A stretch of DNA of 64,000 nucleotides from a virus. The DNA is taken from IMG/VR virus record IMGVR_UViG_3300005573_000001; one strand, given 5' to 3'. This document shows, piece after piece, positions 1 through 8,127 of this stretch (position 1 is the first letter of the stretch; every line of letters begins with the position of its first letter). Made by a program: the position numbers and the translations under genes. Below the pieces are notes generated by a model, which was not told the origin of the DNA, searched no databases, and saw only the letters and a list, made by a program, of their open reading frames with translations.

Positions 1-121
1 CTTAGGACTAGACCCATCCATCTTAGGACTAGACCCATCCATCTTAGGACTAGACCCATCCATCTTAGGACTAGACCCATCCATCTTAGGACTAGACCCA
101 TCCATCTTAGGACTAGACCCA
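1..121. repeat. 21-bp tandem repeat (CTTAGGACTAGACCCATCCAT) x5 plus a partial sixth copy; may continue beyond the window edge
   Basis: Perfect head-to-tail copies starting at 1, 22, 43, 64 and 85, and a 16-nt partial copy at 106; no spacers. Confidence 0.97.
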
Positions 122-202
122 CTACCCACAGACCGAGGAGGAAGTAGGTCTAAAAAGTAAGAGGAGCACAGGGGTTAACCCGACTCCGGTGGCTATATTT
201 AC

Positions 203-302
203 AAGGGAGGGGGCATAGGGAAAAAGGAGGAGAAAAACCCTATACCCCGTCCCTTAATTGCGAGTAGGTAGGGGCCCTGTGCGGACCCCTACAGGGACCC
301 CC
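203..302 (-). terminator. Two GC-rich stem-loops downstream of the 308-736 gene; probable terminator or stability elements
   Basis: Imperfect inverted repeats aagggagggggcataggg/ccctataccccgtccctt and ggggccctgt/acagggacccc immediately after the stop codon. Confidence 0.4.
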
Positions 303-307
303 AGGCC

Positions 308-736
308 TTACGCCTGGAAGTCTTCGGGTATCTCACCCTCCTCCGCCTCAACAGAGGCAGAGGCTTCCTCGAGCTTGGTATGGATGTGGCGGCAGAGAAC
401 ATCCTGTAGAGCCGGAGAAATTAAGACGTCGCGCGCCCAAACTGTCTTGCCATCCCTTTCGTACTGCCGCCCAGGGGTAGCAAGGTAGATTTCACCCGGG
501 GTCTTACTGTTAAAGACCGTCGTTGAAACCGAAACCACGAACTCCTTATCGGGTTCATCCTTCAGGCCGAAATACAGCCTGAGGAGCGCCCGGCAGGCGA
601 TCGTGGACGGAGCGGTAGGAGCAGCTGGAGCCAGAGGGACCTCGAGACGACGAAACTCGACTTTGGAGAGGTCCGGAGCAGTAGCGTACCGCGGCTGAGT
701 AGCCGCTCCCGTGGTAGACTTGGTTAAACGGAACAT
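308..736 (-). CDS. SpoVG/PC4-like nucleic-acid-binding protein with an acidic C-terminal tail (SSB-like)
   Basis: SD AAGGAGGG before the ATG at 736; segment IYLATPGRQYERDGKTVWARDV resembles the SpoVG motif FVAMPS..DG..RD; tail EAEEGEIPEDFQA. Confidence 0.5.
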   Translation of the reverse strand: MFRLTKSTTGAATQPRYATAPDLSKVEFRRLEVPLAPAAPTAPSTIACRALLRLYFGLKDEPDKEFVVSVSTTVFNSKTPGEIYLATPGRQYERDGKTVWARDVLISPALQDVLCRHIHTKLEEASASVEAEEGEIPEDFQA

Positions 737-795
737 GTATCTGTCCCTCCTTCGTATATATTTATCAACCCCCATAAAGGGGATCAATAGCGGAA

Positions 796-886
796 GTTAT
801 AGACCATGGACGGCGAGGGGCGTCAAGTTCTGTAGAGAAGGACCCTCTGTGCAGACTTGACGCACCGAAGCCGGACATGGTATAAT
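796..886. promoter_or_regulatory. Back-to-back sigmaA-type promoters. Rightward: TTGACG-N18-TATAAT with extended TG (857-886). Leftward: TTGACG...TATAAC (826-796)
   Basis: Both share ACTTGACGC.CC...GCCG..CATGGT in inverted orientation; the rightward one has TGnTATAAT. Confidence 0.65.
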
Positions 887-1080
887 GCATAAATATACAG
901 AAATCCTGTATACTCATGCCATATACTGGAAGACCTAACCCATCAACCCTAACAGGCAAGGTCAATAGAACTAGAAACCCTCTACAAGGCACTAGCGCCC
1001 CGTAGAGACTTTTATATCCCGGTACAGGTAATCACCTTACCGTAGGGATCAAAAACACTCTACAAGGCTTTAGTGCCCTC

Positions 1081-1247
1081 TAGCACCCTACAAGGGTGCC
1101 GGCACAGGACGTTAAATAAATCAGGGTGGCACGGCGCGGAAGCCCCGAGAGCCGCGAAGCGGGCGTGGGGTAGGGGCCCCACGAGGGCTTCCCGCCGGGA
1201 CGGGCCCCTGATTTATAGTCCGTAGTGCCGGCAACCGTAGGGGGCTA
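1081..1247. other. Long rod-shaped imperfect inverted repeat capped by two small hairpins (T-shaped end); candidate ncRNA or ssDNA structure
   Basis: Nested pairings tagcaccctac/gtagggggcta, gtgccggcac/gtgccggcaa, ggac/gtcc, taaatcaggg/ccctgattta and cggcgcggaagccc/gggcttcccgccg; apical hairpins ccgcGAAgcgg and cgtgggg..ccccacg. Confidence 0.6.
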
Positions 1248-1367
1248 AGGCTCCGTAACCCCCCTTTAGGACTTATAATCCTTAGGACTAACTTATACAT
1301 AACCCCCCAGTATTCATACCCCAGTACACAGAGACTATACCTACGTACTTAGGAATAACCTTAAGTA

Positions 1368-1406
1368 AGGTCTATATATATAATTATATATATACTATAT
1401 AGACCT
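1368..1406. other. AT-rich palindrome (unwinding-element-like)
   Basis: aggtctatata...tatatagacct flanking a (TA)n tract, within an otherwise GC-rich region. Confidence 0.55.
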
Positions 1407-1515
1407 AAGGTATATATGTCCAAGATACTGATAGCAACCTAGGGACAGGTAATAGCATCCTAAGAACTACACATCTAAAGGACTAACTACCAAGGTACAA
1501 CCCTACAGGAAGTAG

Positions 1516-1607
1516 TCCCCGAAGGGGGAGGTAGCAGAGTACAGCCCTGGGGGTAGCAGACCATACCCCCCGAAGGGGGGGCTAGAAGTGCATCCCCCGA
1601 AGGGGGG
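1516..1607. repeat. Three tandem Cn-GAA-Gn hairpins (cUUCGg tetraloops on the minus-strand RNA)
   Basis: ccccgaagggg at about 1517, 1566 and 1594, directly after the RNase H stop codon. Confidence 0.8.
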
Positions 1608-2183
1608 CTAGGAGCTAGAGATAGCCCTATTGCACAGGGCGTCGCAGAGCTCGTTAAAGAAATGGCCTGTATGAGCAGGGATATACTGTAGATCGCAGGG
1701 ATATTTACGGAGGATGTCCCATACTGGGCGTATAAGATCCAGGTTCTCCGGGGTCTTACCGTCAGACTTGCGCCAACCGGCAGCGGCCCACTTAGGAGCC
1801 CAGTCGCCCAAGCAGCCTAAGGCATACTTAGAGTCGGACGCGAGAACGATACGGACATCGCAATCGGCAAGAACAGTACGCACAAAGGAAGAATGCAAAG
1901 CAAGGTAAAATGCATAAAGCTCTGCATAATTATTCGTTCTCACCCCCGTATGCTTATGCCAAAGACAGACAGAAAGTATGTCCGAGGTAGGGGCAGAGAC
2001 AACCCCGTTACGAACAATAGAGACCTTATCCTGAGCAATAGGCAGGCTACGATACTTGTTTACAAAAGCCTGAAGAGCAGGCTTAGGTCCAGAGAATATA
2101 ACGGCAGCCGAGGCAGCAAGCCCAGGATTACCCCTAGAGGCACCGTCAGCATAGACTAGTAATAAATGTTCAGAATTCATCAT
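1608..2183 (-). CDS. rnhA: Ribonuclease HI
   Basis: Motifs YADGASRGNPG, TNNYAEL, SDSKY, KTPENLDL and AHTGHFFNELCD (D-E-D-D catalytic set). Confidence 0.92.
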   Translation of the reverse strand: MMNSEHLLLVYADGASRGNPGLAASAAVIFSGPKPALQAFVNKYRSLPIAQDKVSIVRNGVVSAPTSDILSVCLWHKHTGVRTNNYAELYAFYLALHSSFVRTVLADCDVRIVLASDSKYALGCLGDWAPKWAAAGWRKSDGKTPENLDLIRPVWDILRKYPCDLQYIPAHTGHFFNELCDALCNRAISSS

Positions 2184-2221
2184 AATATCGGGGCGGGATT
2201 AGACCCGCCCCTACACCTCCT

Positions 2222-3421
2222 TTAACAATATTTCTTCTTCCAGGCAGACATCTCAATACAGGAGCGCCTGGTTCTCTCTGCATAGGCGGCGGCGCGCTCC
2301 TGATACTGACGCTCCGCCTCCTCGGGGGAGATACGGGGCACAGGCTGAGAACGCTCCACAGAGGGACGCGGATTATGCCGTATATCTGGTACGACAAACT
2401 TGCCGCGCCGCACCTGGACGGCAGCATCCTCGCGGCGCATATTGTCCCAGAAGAACTCAAGGCCACCGAGACGACAGGAGGTGAACTCCCCATTCGTCTC
2501 GTAAAGAGGTAAATACCAAGCCGACCCAGGAAAGATTACTTGACCCCGAGCGTTGCGGAAGGGCTTAAAGACCCTATAAAGGCAGCCAGTACCGGCTGCC
2601 CACTTATCCACATCCGCTACAGAAGAGAAGCTAGTATGCTGGACCGGGCCCCTTACAGCCAGAGCGTCGTCAGCTATACCGCTATCCCGATACCCGACAT
2701 GCCTAACTAAGGTTTGCCCATCAACTATGCCGGAATCCAGGCAATACTTAGCCAGGTGAGAGCTAGCAGCGTCGTCCACCAGACAGCCAAAGACCTGACA
2801 CCAAGCCGTTCCCTGATACGGAGTCTTATTAGCCTCGGCAACAGAGAGGGCACGGTGATAAGTAGCAGACTGACCAGCGCCAGGCTCCCTCGGGACACGA
2901 TACAGCATAGCACAAGAGTCGCAAGAAGCAACCCTCATACGGCCATTCGCATCAGCCAACTTAGCTTTCTTAAGAGCCACAAGCTCAGCATCACGTTTTG
3001 CCACCCGGGCCATAACAAACCGGCACATAGCACCGAATAAGTTAGAAGCGGCCCAAGAGCAAGGAACGCCATACCGGCTCTGCGCCTCATGATGTGGGTC
3101 GATAGCTATAGCAAGCCCACGAAGCCCGCCACGAAGGCGCACGCCATCCACAAAGACGTCGTTAACACTCCTAAAAGTGATACGACGCCCATACAGATCA
3201 GAAACATGATTCTGATCTAGAGCGGCCATGTCGCGGAGCACTGCGGTATTAAGGTTATAAACCTTGTCAGGACCGACCAGGAGCTCCGGCGGCACAGCAT
3301 AAACTACGCCAGGGTGCTGCACTATAACAGTTACCTGAGAGAGCGTAGTCTGTTTGGGTACGAAGTAGAAGGAAGTCGTACCCAGTGTCAAGTCATCATT
3401 AGTCACTACAATCACCTCCAT
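2222..3421 (-). CDS. Hypothetical protein (399 aa)
   Basis: Long ORF overlapping the upstream gene; no motif recognised. Confidence 0.75.
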   Translation of the reverse strand: MEVIVVTNDDLTLGTTSFYFVPKQTTLSQVTVIVQHPGVVYAVPPELLVGPDKVYNLNTAVLRDMAALDQNHVSDLYGRRITFRSVNDVFVDGVRLRGGLRGLAIAIDPHHEAQSRYGVPCSWAASNLFGAMCRFVMARVAKRDAELVALKKAKLADANGRMRVASCDSCAMLYRVPREPGAGQSATYHRALSVAEANKTPYQGTAWCQVFGCLVDDAASSHLAKYCLDSGIVDGQTLVRHVGYRDSGIADDALAVRGPVQHTSFSSVADVDKWAAGTGCLYRVFKPFRNARGQVIFPGSAWYLPLYETNGEFTSCRLGGLEFFWDNMRREDAAVQVRRGKFVVPDIRHNPRPSVERSQPVPRISPEEAERQYQERAAAYAERTRRSCIEMSAWKKKYC

Positions 3422-4271
3422 TTATTTTACGCACGCGGCAGGTAGCCGGGTCAACTAAGACCAAAGTCTTACCCAACCTGCGGGCGTAATTAACACAATG
3501 GGCAGTACCGCCCGTACCGCCGTCGTATACGGCGACGACCGCATCAGCACGATCAACCATATATTGATTACGTGCCTGCAGCTTAGCAATGTGATAACCT
3601 GACTCAGGGACAACCACATAACCAGGAACAGTGTCCACCGTAGTTACCACATCAGCCCTGCTACACTGTTGCTGAAGCAGAGCCTTACTATCTGAAGGCC
3701 AGAAAGCGCCAAAGCCAGCAAAGGGCAAGGCTACCTCCAGAGTAACACCCTGTCGCCACAGTTGTGAGCAGACATCAAAAGCCATCTGATCAAGACCAAG
3801 GGCACCGCCAAAGATAAAGTGGACCTTAGGGTACTTTGCCAAATACGACTTTACGATAGATCTCAGCGCGGCCATGATGCGCCGATTCACCGGACTATTC
3901 CAGTCGTAACCTCCCAACCTAGGAGGACGATGCCCGGTAAAGCACACGACAAAACCATCACCTTGGGCCTCCAAATAGGCCTTAATGGTGTCGCCATGGC
4001 AACGCTTCGGGGCACACCAGCAGCATAAGTACAAGGCAGCAACCGCAGGATCCTTACTGGTCCGCAGCAGGCTCTGTACCGCCGCATAGAATGCCCCCTT
4101 TTCGGACATCTGAGTAGCGAAGTACTGCTCATAGAAATCGCACGCTTCGTCTCTCATAGACTCCTCACGCATAACAAAGGGATTACTAAGGAGAGCCTTC
4201 TGGTCAATGCGTACCACAACGGCGCGCAGTGACAGAGGCTCGCCGCGATGTAAGTTCCAAACTACAATCAT
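3399..4271 (-). CDS. DUF4326-like domain fused to a YspA/SLOG (DUF1273-like) domain
   Basis: N-terminal LSNPF..CCWCAPKRCHGDTI; C-terminal CFTGHRP, GGALGLDQ and RNQYMVD..VAVYDG..GGTAHCV; SD GGAGGT before the ATG at 4271. Confidence 0.8.
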   Translation of the reverse strand: MIVVWNLHRGEPLSLRAVVVRIDQKALLSNPFVMREESMRDEACDFYEQYFATQMSEKGAFYAAVQSLLRTSKDPAVAALYLCCWCAPKRCHGDTIKAYLEAQGDGFVVCFTGHRPPRLGGYDWNSPVNRRIMAALRSIVKSYLAKYPKVHFIFGGALGLDQMAFDVCSQLWRQGVTLEVALPFAGFGAFWPSDSKALLQQQCSRADVVTTVDTVPGYVVVPESGYHIAKLQARNQYMVDRADAVVAVYDGGTGGTAHCVNYARRLGKTLVLVDPATCRVRKINGGDCSD

Positions 4272-4329
4272 ACCTACCTCCATCAAATGTTAATCTTCAG
4301 ACTTACAACCAACCGACATTAAAGACCAG

Positions 4330-4656
4330 CTAACATGACTTCACCCCCTTTCGCATATAGTTTATAGCCTGTTGGAATTCCCCACGTGCCTGGAGATCCG
4401 TAACCAAGCGTTTCAGGAAGTCAAGACCAGCAGGCACCTTGACTTCCGTTTGTAACCTAGAGCCCGTACCAACAGCTGTAGGGTACGTAATATACCTACA
4501 GACAAAGTAGTCCCTATACCGCTGATAGGGCTCCACAGTATGTCCAATGAGGACCCGTGCATATCGAAGGAGAGCGTAAAGTTTACGCTCTCCAAGGTCC
4601 ACTCCACAAGAAGAGGCGACCACCTTGGCCGCCTCCCTCATCAGTATACTCTGCAT
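4330..4656 (-). CDS. Phage antirepressor KilA-C (ANT C-terminal) domain protein
   Basis: Pattern SILMREAAK..GERKLYALLR..PYQRY..YF..QTEV..GLDFL. Confidence 0.75.
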   Translation of the reverse strand: MQSILMREAAKVVASSCGVDLGERKLYALLRYARVLIGHTVEPYQRYRDYFVCRYITYPTAVGTGSRLQTEVKVPAGLDFLKRLVTDLQARGEFQQAINYMRKGVKSC

Positions 4657-4669
4657 AACTCACACCCCC

Positions 4670-5299
4670 TCAGATCGTAAACCCAGAGTGGTATCTCTGG
4701 GCAATATCCTGCCTACGCTGTAGGGCAGCAAGGAATTCATCCACTTCCCCAACGTCAGGCTCCAATGCCTCCGGTGCCCTTACGGGCACAGTTACCTCGC
4801 TACTCGAGGACTTGCCCTTCGAGGACTTGACACCAGCACGGTGCCTCGAGGACTCGCCGTCACGGTGGACGGCCGCTCTCGAGGACTCGCTACCATGTCT
4901 GGCAGCTTGCCTCGAGGACTCGCCGGCAATCGGTAAGGGACCAGACGCCTTAGCCTCTCTCAAGGACTCGTCTATAGTCTCCAAAGGCTTACGCCCTTCA
5001 GCTTGACGCCTCGAGGACTCGGCTATACGGTCACACAGCGCGATAAACATACGCTGAATGATCGGCGTCACGTCCCTACGCACGGTTTCCCATGCTTTAG
5101 TGCGTGGGAACTGTGGCATAATATACACACAGTTCTTCCCCGGCAGCAGGGTCAGTCGGTAGGCAATTCTCTTGTCGTGCCCCGGATTATTCTTATCGGG
5201 CACGACAAATAGGACATGCGACAAGGACACTAGTATGTCCTTACACGTCCCAAGGGTCTTAGGCATTGAAACCTTCAATGCCTTACTGCTTACGTACAT
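4670..5299 (-). CDS. Hypothetical protein with ESSR repeats
   Basis: ATG at 5299 overlaps the upstream stop codon; repeated TCGAGGACT between 4804 and 5019. Confidence 0.7.
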   Translation of the reverse strand: MYVSSKALKVSMPKTLGTCKDILVSLSHVLFVVPDKNNPGHDKRIAYRLTLLPGKNCVYIMPQFPRTKAWETVRRDVTPIIQRMFIALCDRIAESSRRQAEGRKPLETIDESLREAKASGPLPIAGESSRQAARHGSESSRAAVHRDGESSRHRAGVKSSKGKSSSSEVTVPVRAPEALEPDVGEVDEFLAALQRRQDIAQRYHSGFTI

Positions 5300-5700
5300 T
5301 ATTCGCTCCTTTCTTCTGAAGTGCATAGCTTGCACTTCGGTCTCCCTTGCTTATCCAGGTTTTCTATATACCTCGGACAGCTCCGACAGGCACTAATACC
5401 TGTCTCCTCCTGATACTTGACTGCCAGACGGTATATCTGGCAGCCCTTGCCATCTTTCTCGACTACCTCGCAGCAGCCGGAAAATGCTGCCGTTGCCAAC
5501 TCGGCAAACTCTTCCTGCGTGCCGACAAACATCTGGCGCAGGAATGCCAAGTTGGACTTGTAGTCACATGTGGCACAGCGTTTTACAGCCAATGCCACCA
5601 GCGCCGGAGATTCAAAGAGCTCGGGTAGCTCACTCTCCGCCGCATTCCCAAAGGCATCAACATTAATACCCTTGGCCCGCAGTAGATCCCTAATTTTCAT
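5299..5700 (-). CDS. Hypothetical Cys-rich (CxxC) protein
   Basis: SD AAAGGAGG before the ATG at 5700; CATC, CRSC and CKLC motifs. Confidence 0.7.
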   Translation of the reverse strand: MKIRDLLRAKGINVDAFGNAAESELPELFESPALVALAVKRCATCDYKSNLAFLRQMFVGTQEEFAELATAAFSGCCEVVEKDGKGCQIYRLAVKYQEETGISACRSCPRYIENLDKQGRPKCKLCTSEERSE

Positions 5701-5706
5701 TAGGGT

Positions 5707-5742
5707 TCCTCCTTTCTGCCCGCTATCCGGCGGGCGCGGTAT
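5707..5742 (-). promoter_or_regulatory. SD-adjacent H-type pseudoknot motif, copy 1
   Basis: AUACCG C GCCCGC CGGAUA GCGGGC AGAAAGGAGG. Confidence 0.7.
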
Positions 5743-5748
5743 TAACAT

Positions 5749-6036
5749 TTAATTCTTATCTTTGGCACCTCCTTGTTGGCTCTTACGCCACTCTAGGAAT
5801 TCAAGGAATTCCCTGAATTCCTTGTTGCTTAATGTACTAGGGGCCCTCTTCTTAAATAAGTAAGACGCCTCCTTAGCCACGGTCGCACCTCCCAAGATTG
5901 TCCCTTTGACAATCTCAGCGCCTAGGCCACAAGCTTCCTTTGTGACCTTTGCAGCCTTTTTGACCGTAGACGGTCCGCTGCCTCCCAACATGACCAAGAT
6001 AGTCACAATCACGACGACGGTAATTACTATTATCAT
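5749..6036 (-). CDS. Hypothetical protein with an N-terminal transmembrane helix
   Basis: MIIVITVVVIVTILVMLGG after SD AAAGGAGG. Confidence 0.75.
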   Translation of the reverse strand: MIIVITVVVIVTILVMLGGSGPSTVKKAAKVTKEACGLGAEIVKGTILGGATVAKEASYLFKKRAPSTLSNKEFREFLEFLEWRKSQQGGAKDKN

Positions 6037-6042
6037 CGTCTT

Positions 6043-6080
6043 CCTCCTTTCTCCTCGTCTAAACCGGACGAGGTCGGTTA
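6043..6080 (-). promoter_or_regulatory. SD-adjacent H-type pseudoknot motif, copy 2
   Basis: UAACCG A CCUCGUC CGGUUUA GACGAGG AGAAAGGAGG. Confidence 0.7.
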
Positions 6081-6172
6081 TTATAGCCGTTAGCACGGCT
6101 TATGTGGTGGATGTTTAAGGACATCCAGCCTATGTTTAGGGACACCCAGCCCAAGACAATCATTTAGTCGTC

Positions 6173-7849
6173 CTACGAGTTGTTAGATGGGTTAGAGTCC
6201 AGCTTCTCATAGATCATGGCAAACTGCTCTAATATAGATGTCTTCAATCCTTCAGCGTGCTGCCTGCTCTTGAAATTCTTCTCTTCGGCTTTCCTCCTGA
6301 AGTCATCTATATTATCAATAAGCCTCCATAGCCTAGGCCCAGTGACATCCCCTATAGGGTAGTAGTCATTGGTCTGTTTCGCGCTAATGAAGCGCCCTAC
6401 AATTTTCTCCTTTAGGGCAGTGAACTTGTTTTGAAACTCTTCGGCTATCCCCGTATAATCAATATTCCTAGCCTCAGCCCTACGCTTCTGCTTCTTGTAG
6501 TCTTGGAGCCGATAGGACAATGGCGGATGACATAATGAGTCATACGTGCTGTCTCTATCGCAAGAGAACTCCGAAACCCATCTACGATGATGGCATGCAT
6601 CCTGTGTTATGATATATGCCATCATATCGTTGCGCTCCGTAAGTCTCAGATCAACGTGGTCCCAGCTGCCACACATACAGTTGTAATAACTACTGTTTGG
6701 GAGGGCCTCCTTGACAATGTTGAGCCCGGGCTTGAATAATAAGCTCCTCATAACCCACCCTGCAACCACTAGAATCAACGCCATACGATCGCCGATGATT
6801 TTAGCGATGTCGGCGATCGTGTAGTATCCGCAGATAGCCGTGACAATATAAGGCTTTTGGAAGTCAAACGGCGCGGCATGCGCCGCGTATTTTAGGGCGC
6901 GCCTGTTAGATTCCAACAGTTCATGCCCCGCATTGGGGAAGATTGCTTGTATAGGTCCCTTATTCCCCGAATGTAGCACTCCTTCCTGTAGTGCCCTTGT
7001 CAGAAGAGGAGCCACCATGTCGTCTCTCCTGAGCGGGATGGCCCTCTTCTTGTGGAAGTCTAGTACCACGGGGGTAAGGGTCATCTCTGGGCCCACCAAC
7101 ATTATGTGGTACCGGCTCTTATCCACATAATGCGGGCCGTGTACATCAAGGACAAAGTCTCCGACGTACCGATTGCCATATTCGATGGAGTATTTTAGAT
7201 ATACTCCACCAATTTTAACGATCGAACATTTAAACCGGTCTCCGGTATCAATTCTCGACAGACCGTAGTACCCAAGTACCATGGCCTGTAAACCTGGATA
7301 TAACTTATCTAAGTTATTGTCCAGAGTACTATCACACCGCGGCACGGTGTGATTGTACCTGTTTTTGATACTCATATGTGACCCATTGCGGGCCACTTGA
7401 ATGTTTAAGACGCTCGTTCCATACGCATCATCCCTTTGTGGGTTCTGCGCCGGAACGATTGTCTCGGCGTTGGCGTGGATGGCAACTATGATGTGATAGT
7501 CACGCATCCTTCCGTCCAAATTATTATAGGTACATATCAGCTCGTTAGGCCGATAGTACCTCTTACACTGCATAATTTGTTCTCGGTCATCAAAGATGAC
7601 CGTCGTATACCCGGCGGCCGCGAAAGCCGCCCTAATTTCGTCCCGGGTAGCCTTACATAGCTGCCTAGGCTCTTTGTAAGAGGAGTTTATCTCCTCTACC
7701 AATGACCTCACCTCATATTCGGTGAGGTCTTTGAACACTGCTCTGGCATTGCTTGGTGTTACCAGAGCGGTCTTCAATGCCGAAGCATTGATGGGAAGGT
7801 CTCGTACGCACCTATATGCATACTGACCTATAAATTTTTTTACATTCAT
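6173..7849 (-). CDS. Hypothetical protein (558 aa)
   Basis: Long ORF with SD AAAGGA; no family recognised with confidence. Confidence 0.8.
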   Translation of the reverse strand: MNVKKFIGQYAYRCVRDLPINASALKTALVTPSNARAVFKDLTEYEVRSLVEEINSSYKEPRQLCKATRDEIRAAFAAAGYTTVIFDDREQIMQCKRYYRPNELICTYNNLDGRMRDYHIIVAIHANAETIVPAQNPQRDDAYGTSVLNIQVARNGSHMSIKNRYNHTVPRCDSTLDNNLDKLYPGLQAMVLGYYGLSRIDTGDRFKCSIVKIGGVYLKYSIEYGNRYVGDFVLDVHGPHYVDKSRYHIMLVGPEMTLTPVVLDFHKKRAIPLRRDDMVAPLLTRALQEGVLHSGNKGPIQAIFPNAGHELLESNRRALKYAAHAAPFDFQKPYIVTAICGYYTIADIAKIIGDRMALILVVAGWVMRSLLFKPGLNIVKEALPNSSYYNCMCGSWDHVDLRLTERNDMMAYIITQDACHHRRWVSEFSCDRDSTYDSLCHPPLSYRLQDYKKQKRRAEARNIDYTGIAEEFQNKFTALKEKIVGRFISAKQTNDYYPIGDVTGPRLWRLIDNIDDFRRKAEEKNFKSRQHAEGLKTSILEQFAMIYEKLDSNPSNNS

Positions 7850-7855
7850 AACTCA

Positions 7856-7888
7856 TCCTTTCTGCCCGTATAGCCGATAGCACAGCAA
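7856..7888 (-). promoter_or_regulatory. SD-adjacent pseudoknot motif, copy 3 (weaker second stem)
   Basis: UUGCUG U GCUAU CGGCUAUA CGGGC AGAAAGGA. Confidence 0.55.
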
Positions 7889-8127
7889 ATTAATTATCAA
7901 GTGCATATTGTGATCCAGAGGCGTAAGTCCTTGACATCCTTAGTCACTGTTATCCACGTGCAAAACTTGCGAATTCTGTTAATTTCGATAACAGTACGCC
8001 CAATTGTTATGGTACACTTAATGCCTATAGTATTTCCGCTCTTTACTATGCCGCTCGCGGTTAACCGTTGCGCCGGACGATAACGGGCAATCACATATAT
8101 AATGTGTACCCTAGCATACGACAGTGG

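Noticed and set aside
1-121. CRISPR array, or a coding repeat (MDGSSPK on the minus strand)
   Set aside because: Repeats are contiguous with no spacers and there are no cas genes; the minus frame has an upstream stop near 175 and no SD-led start
917-1006. 29-codon plus-strand ORF downstream of the 857-886 promoter
   Set aside because: No SD and no protein-like features; the region is better explained as structured non-coding sequence
7897-8094. 65-aa minus-strand ORF, or a ribozyme in the 7890-8127 gap
   Set aside because: No SD for the ORF; short stems are present, but I could not fit hammerhead, twister, pistol or HDV consensus
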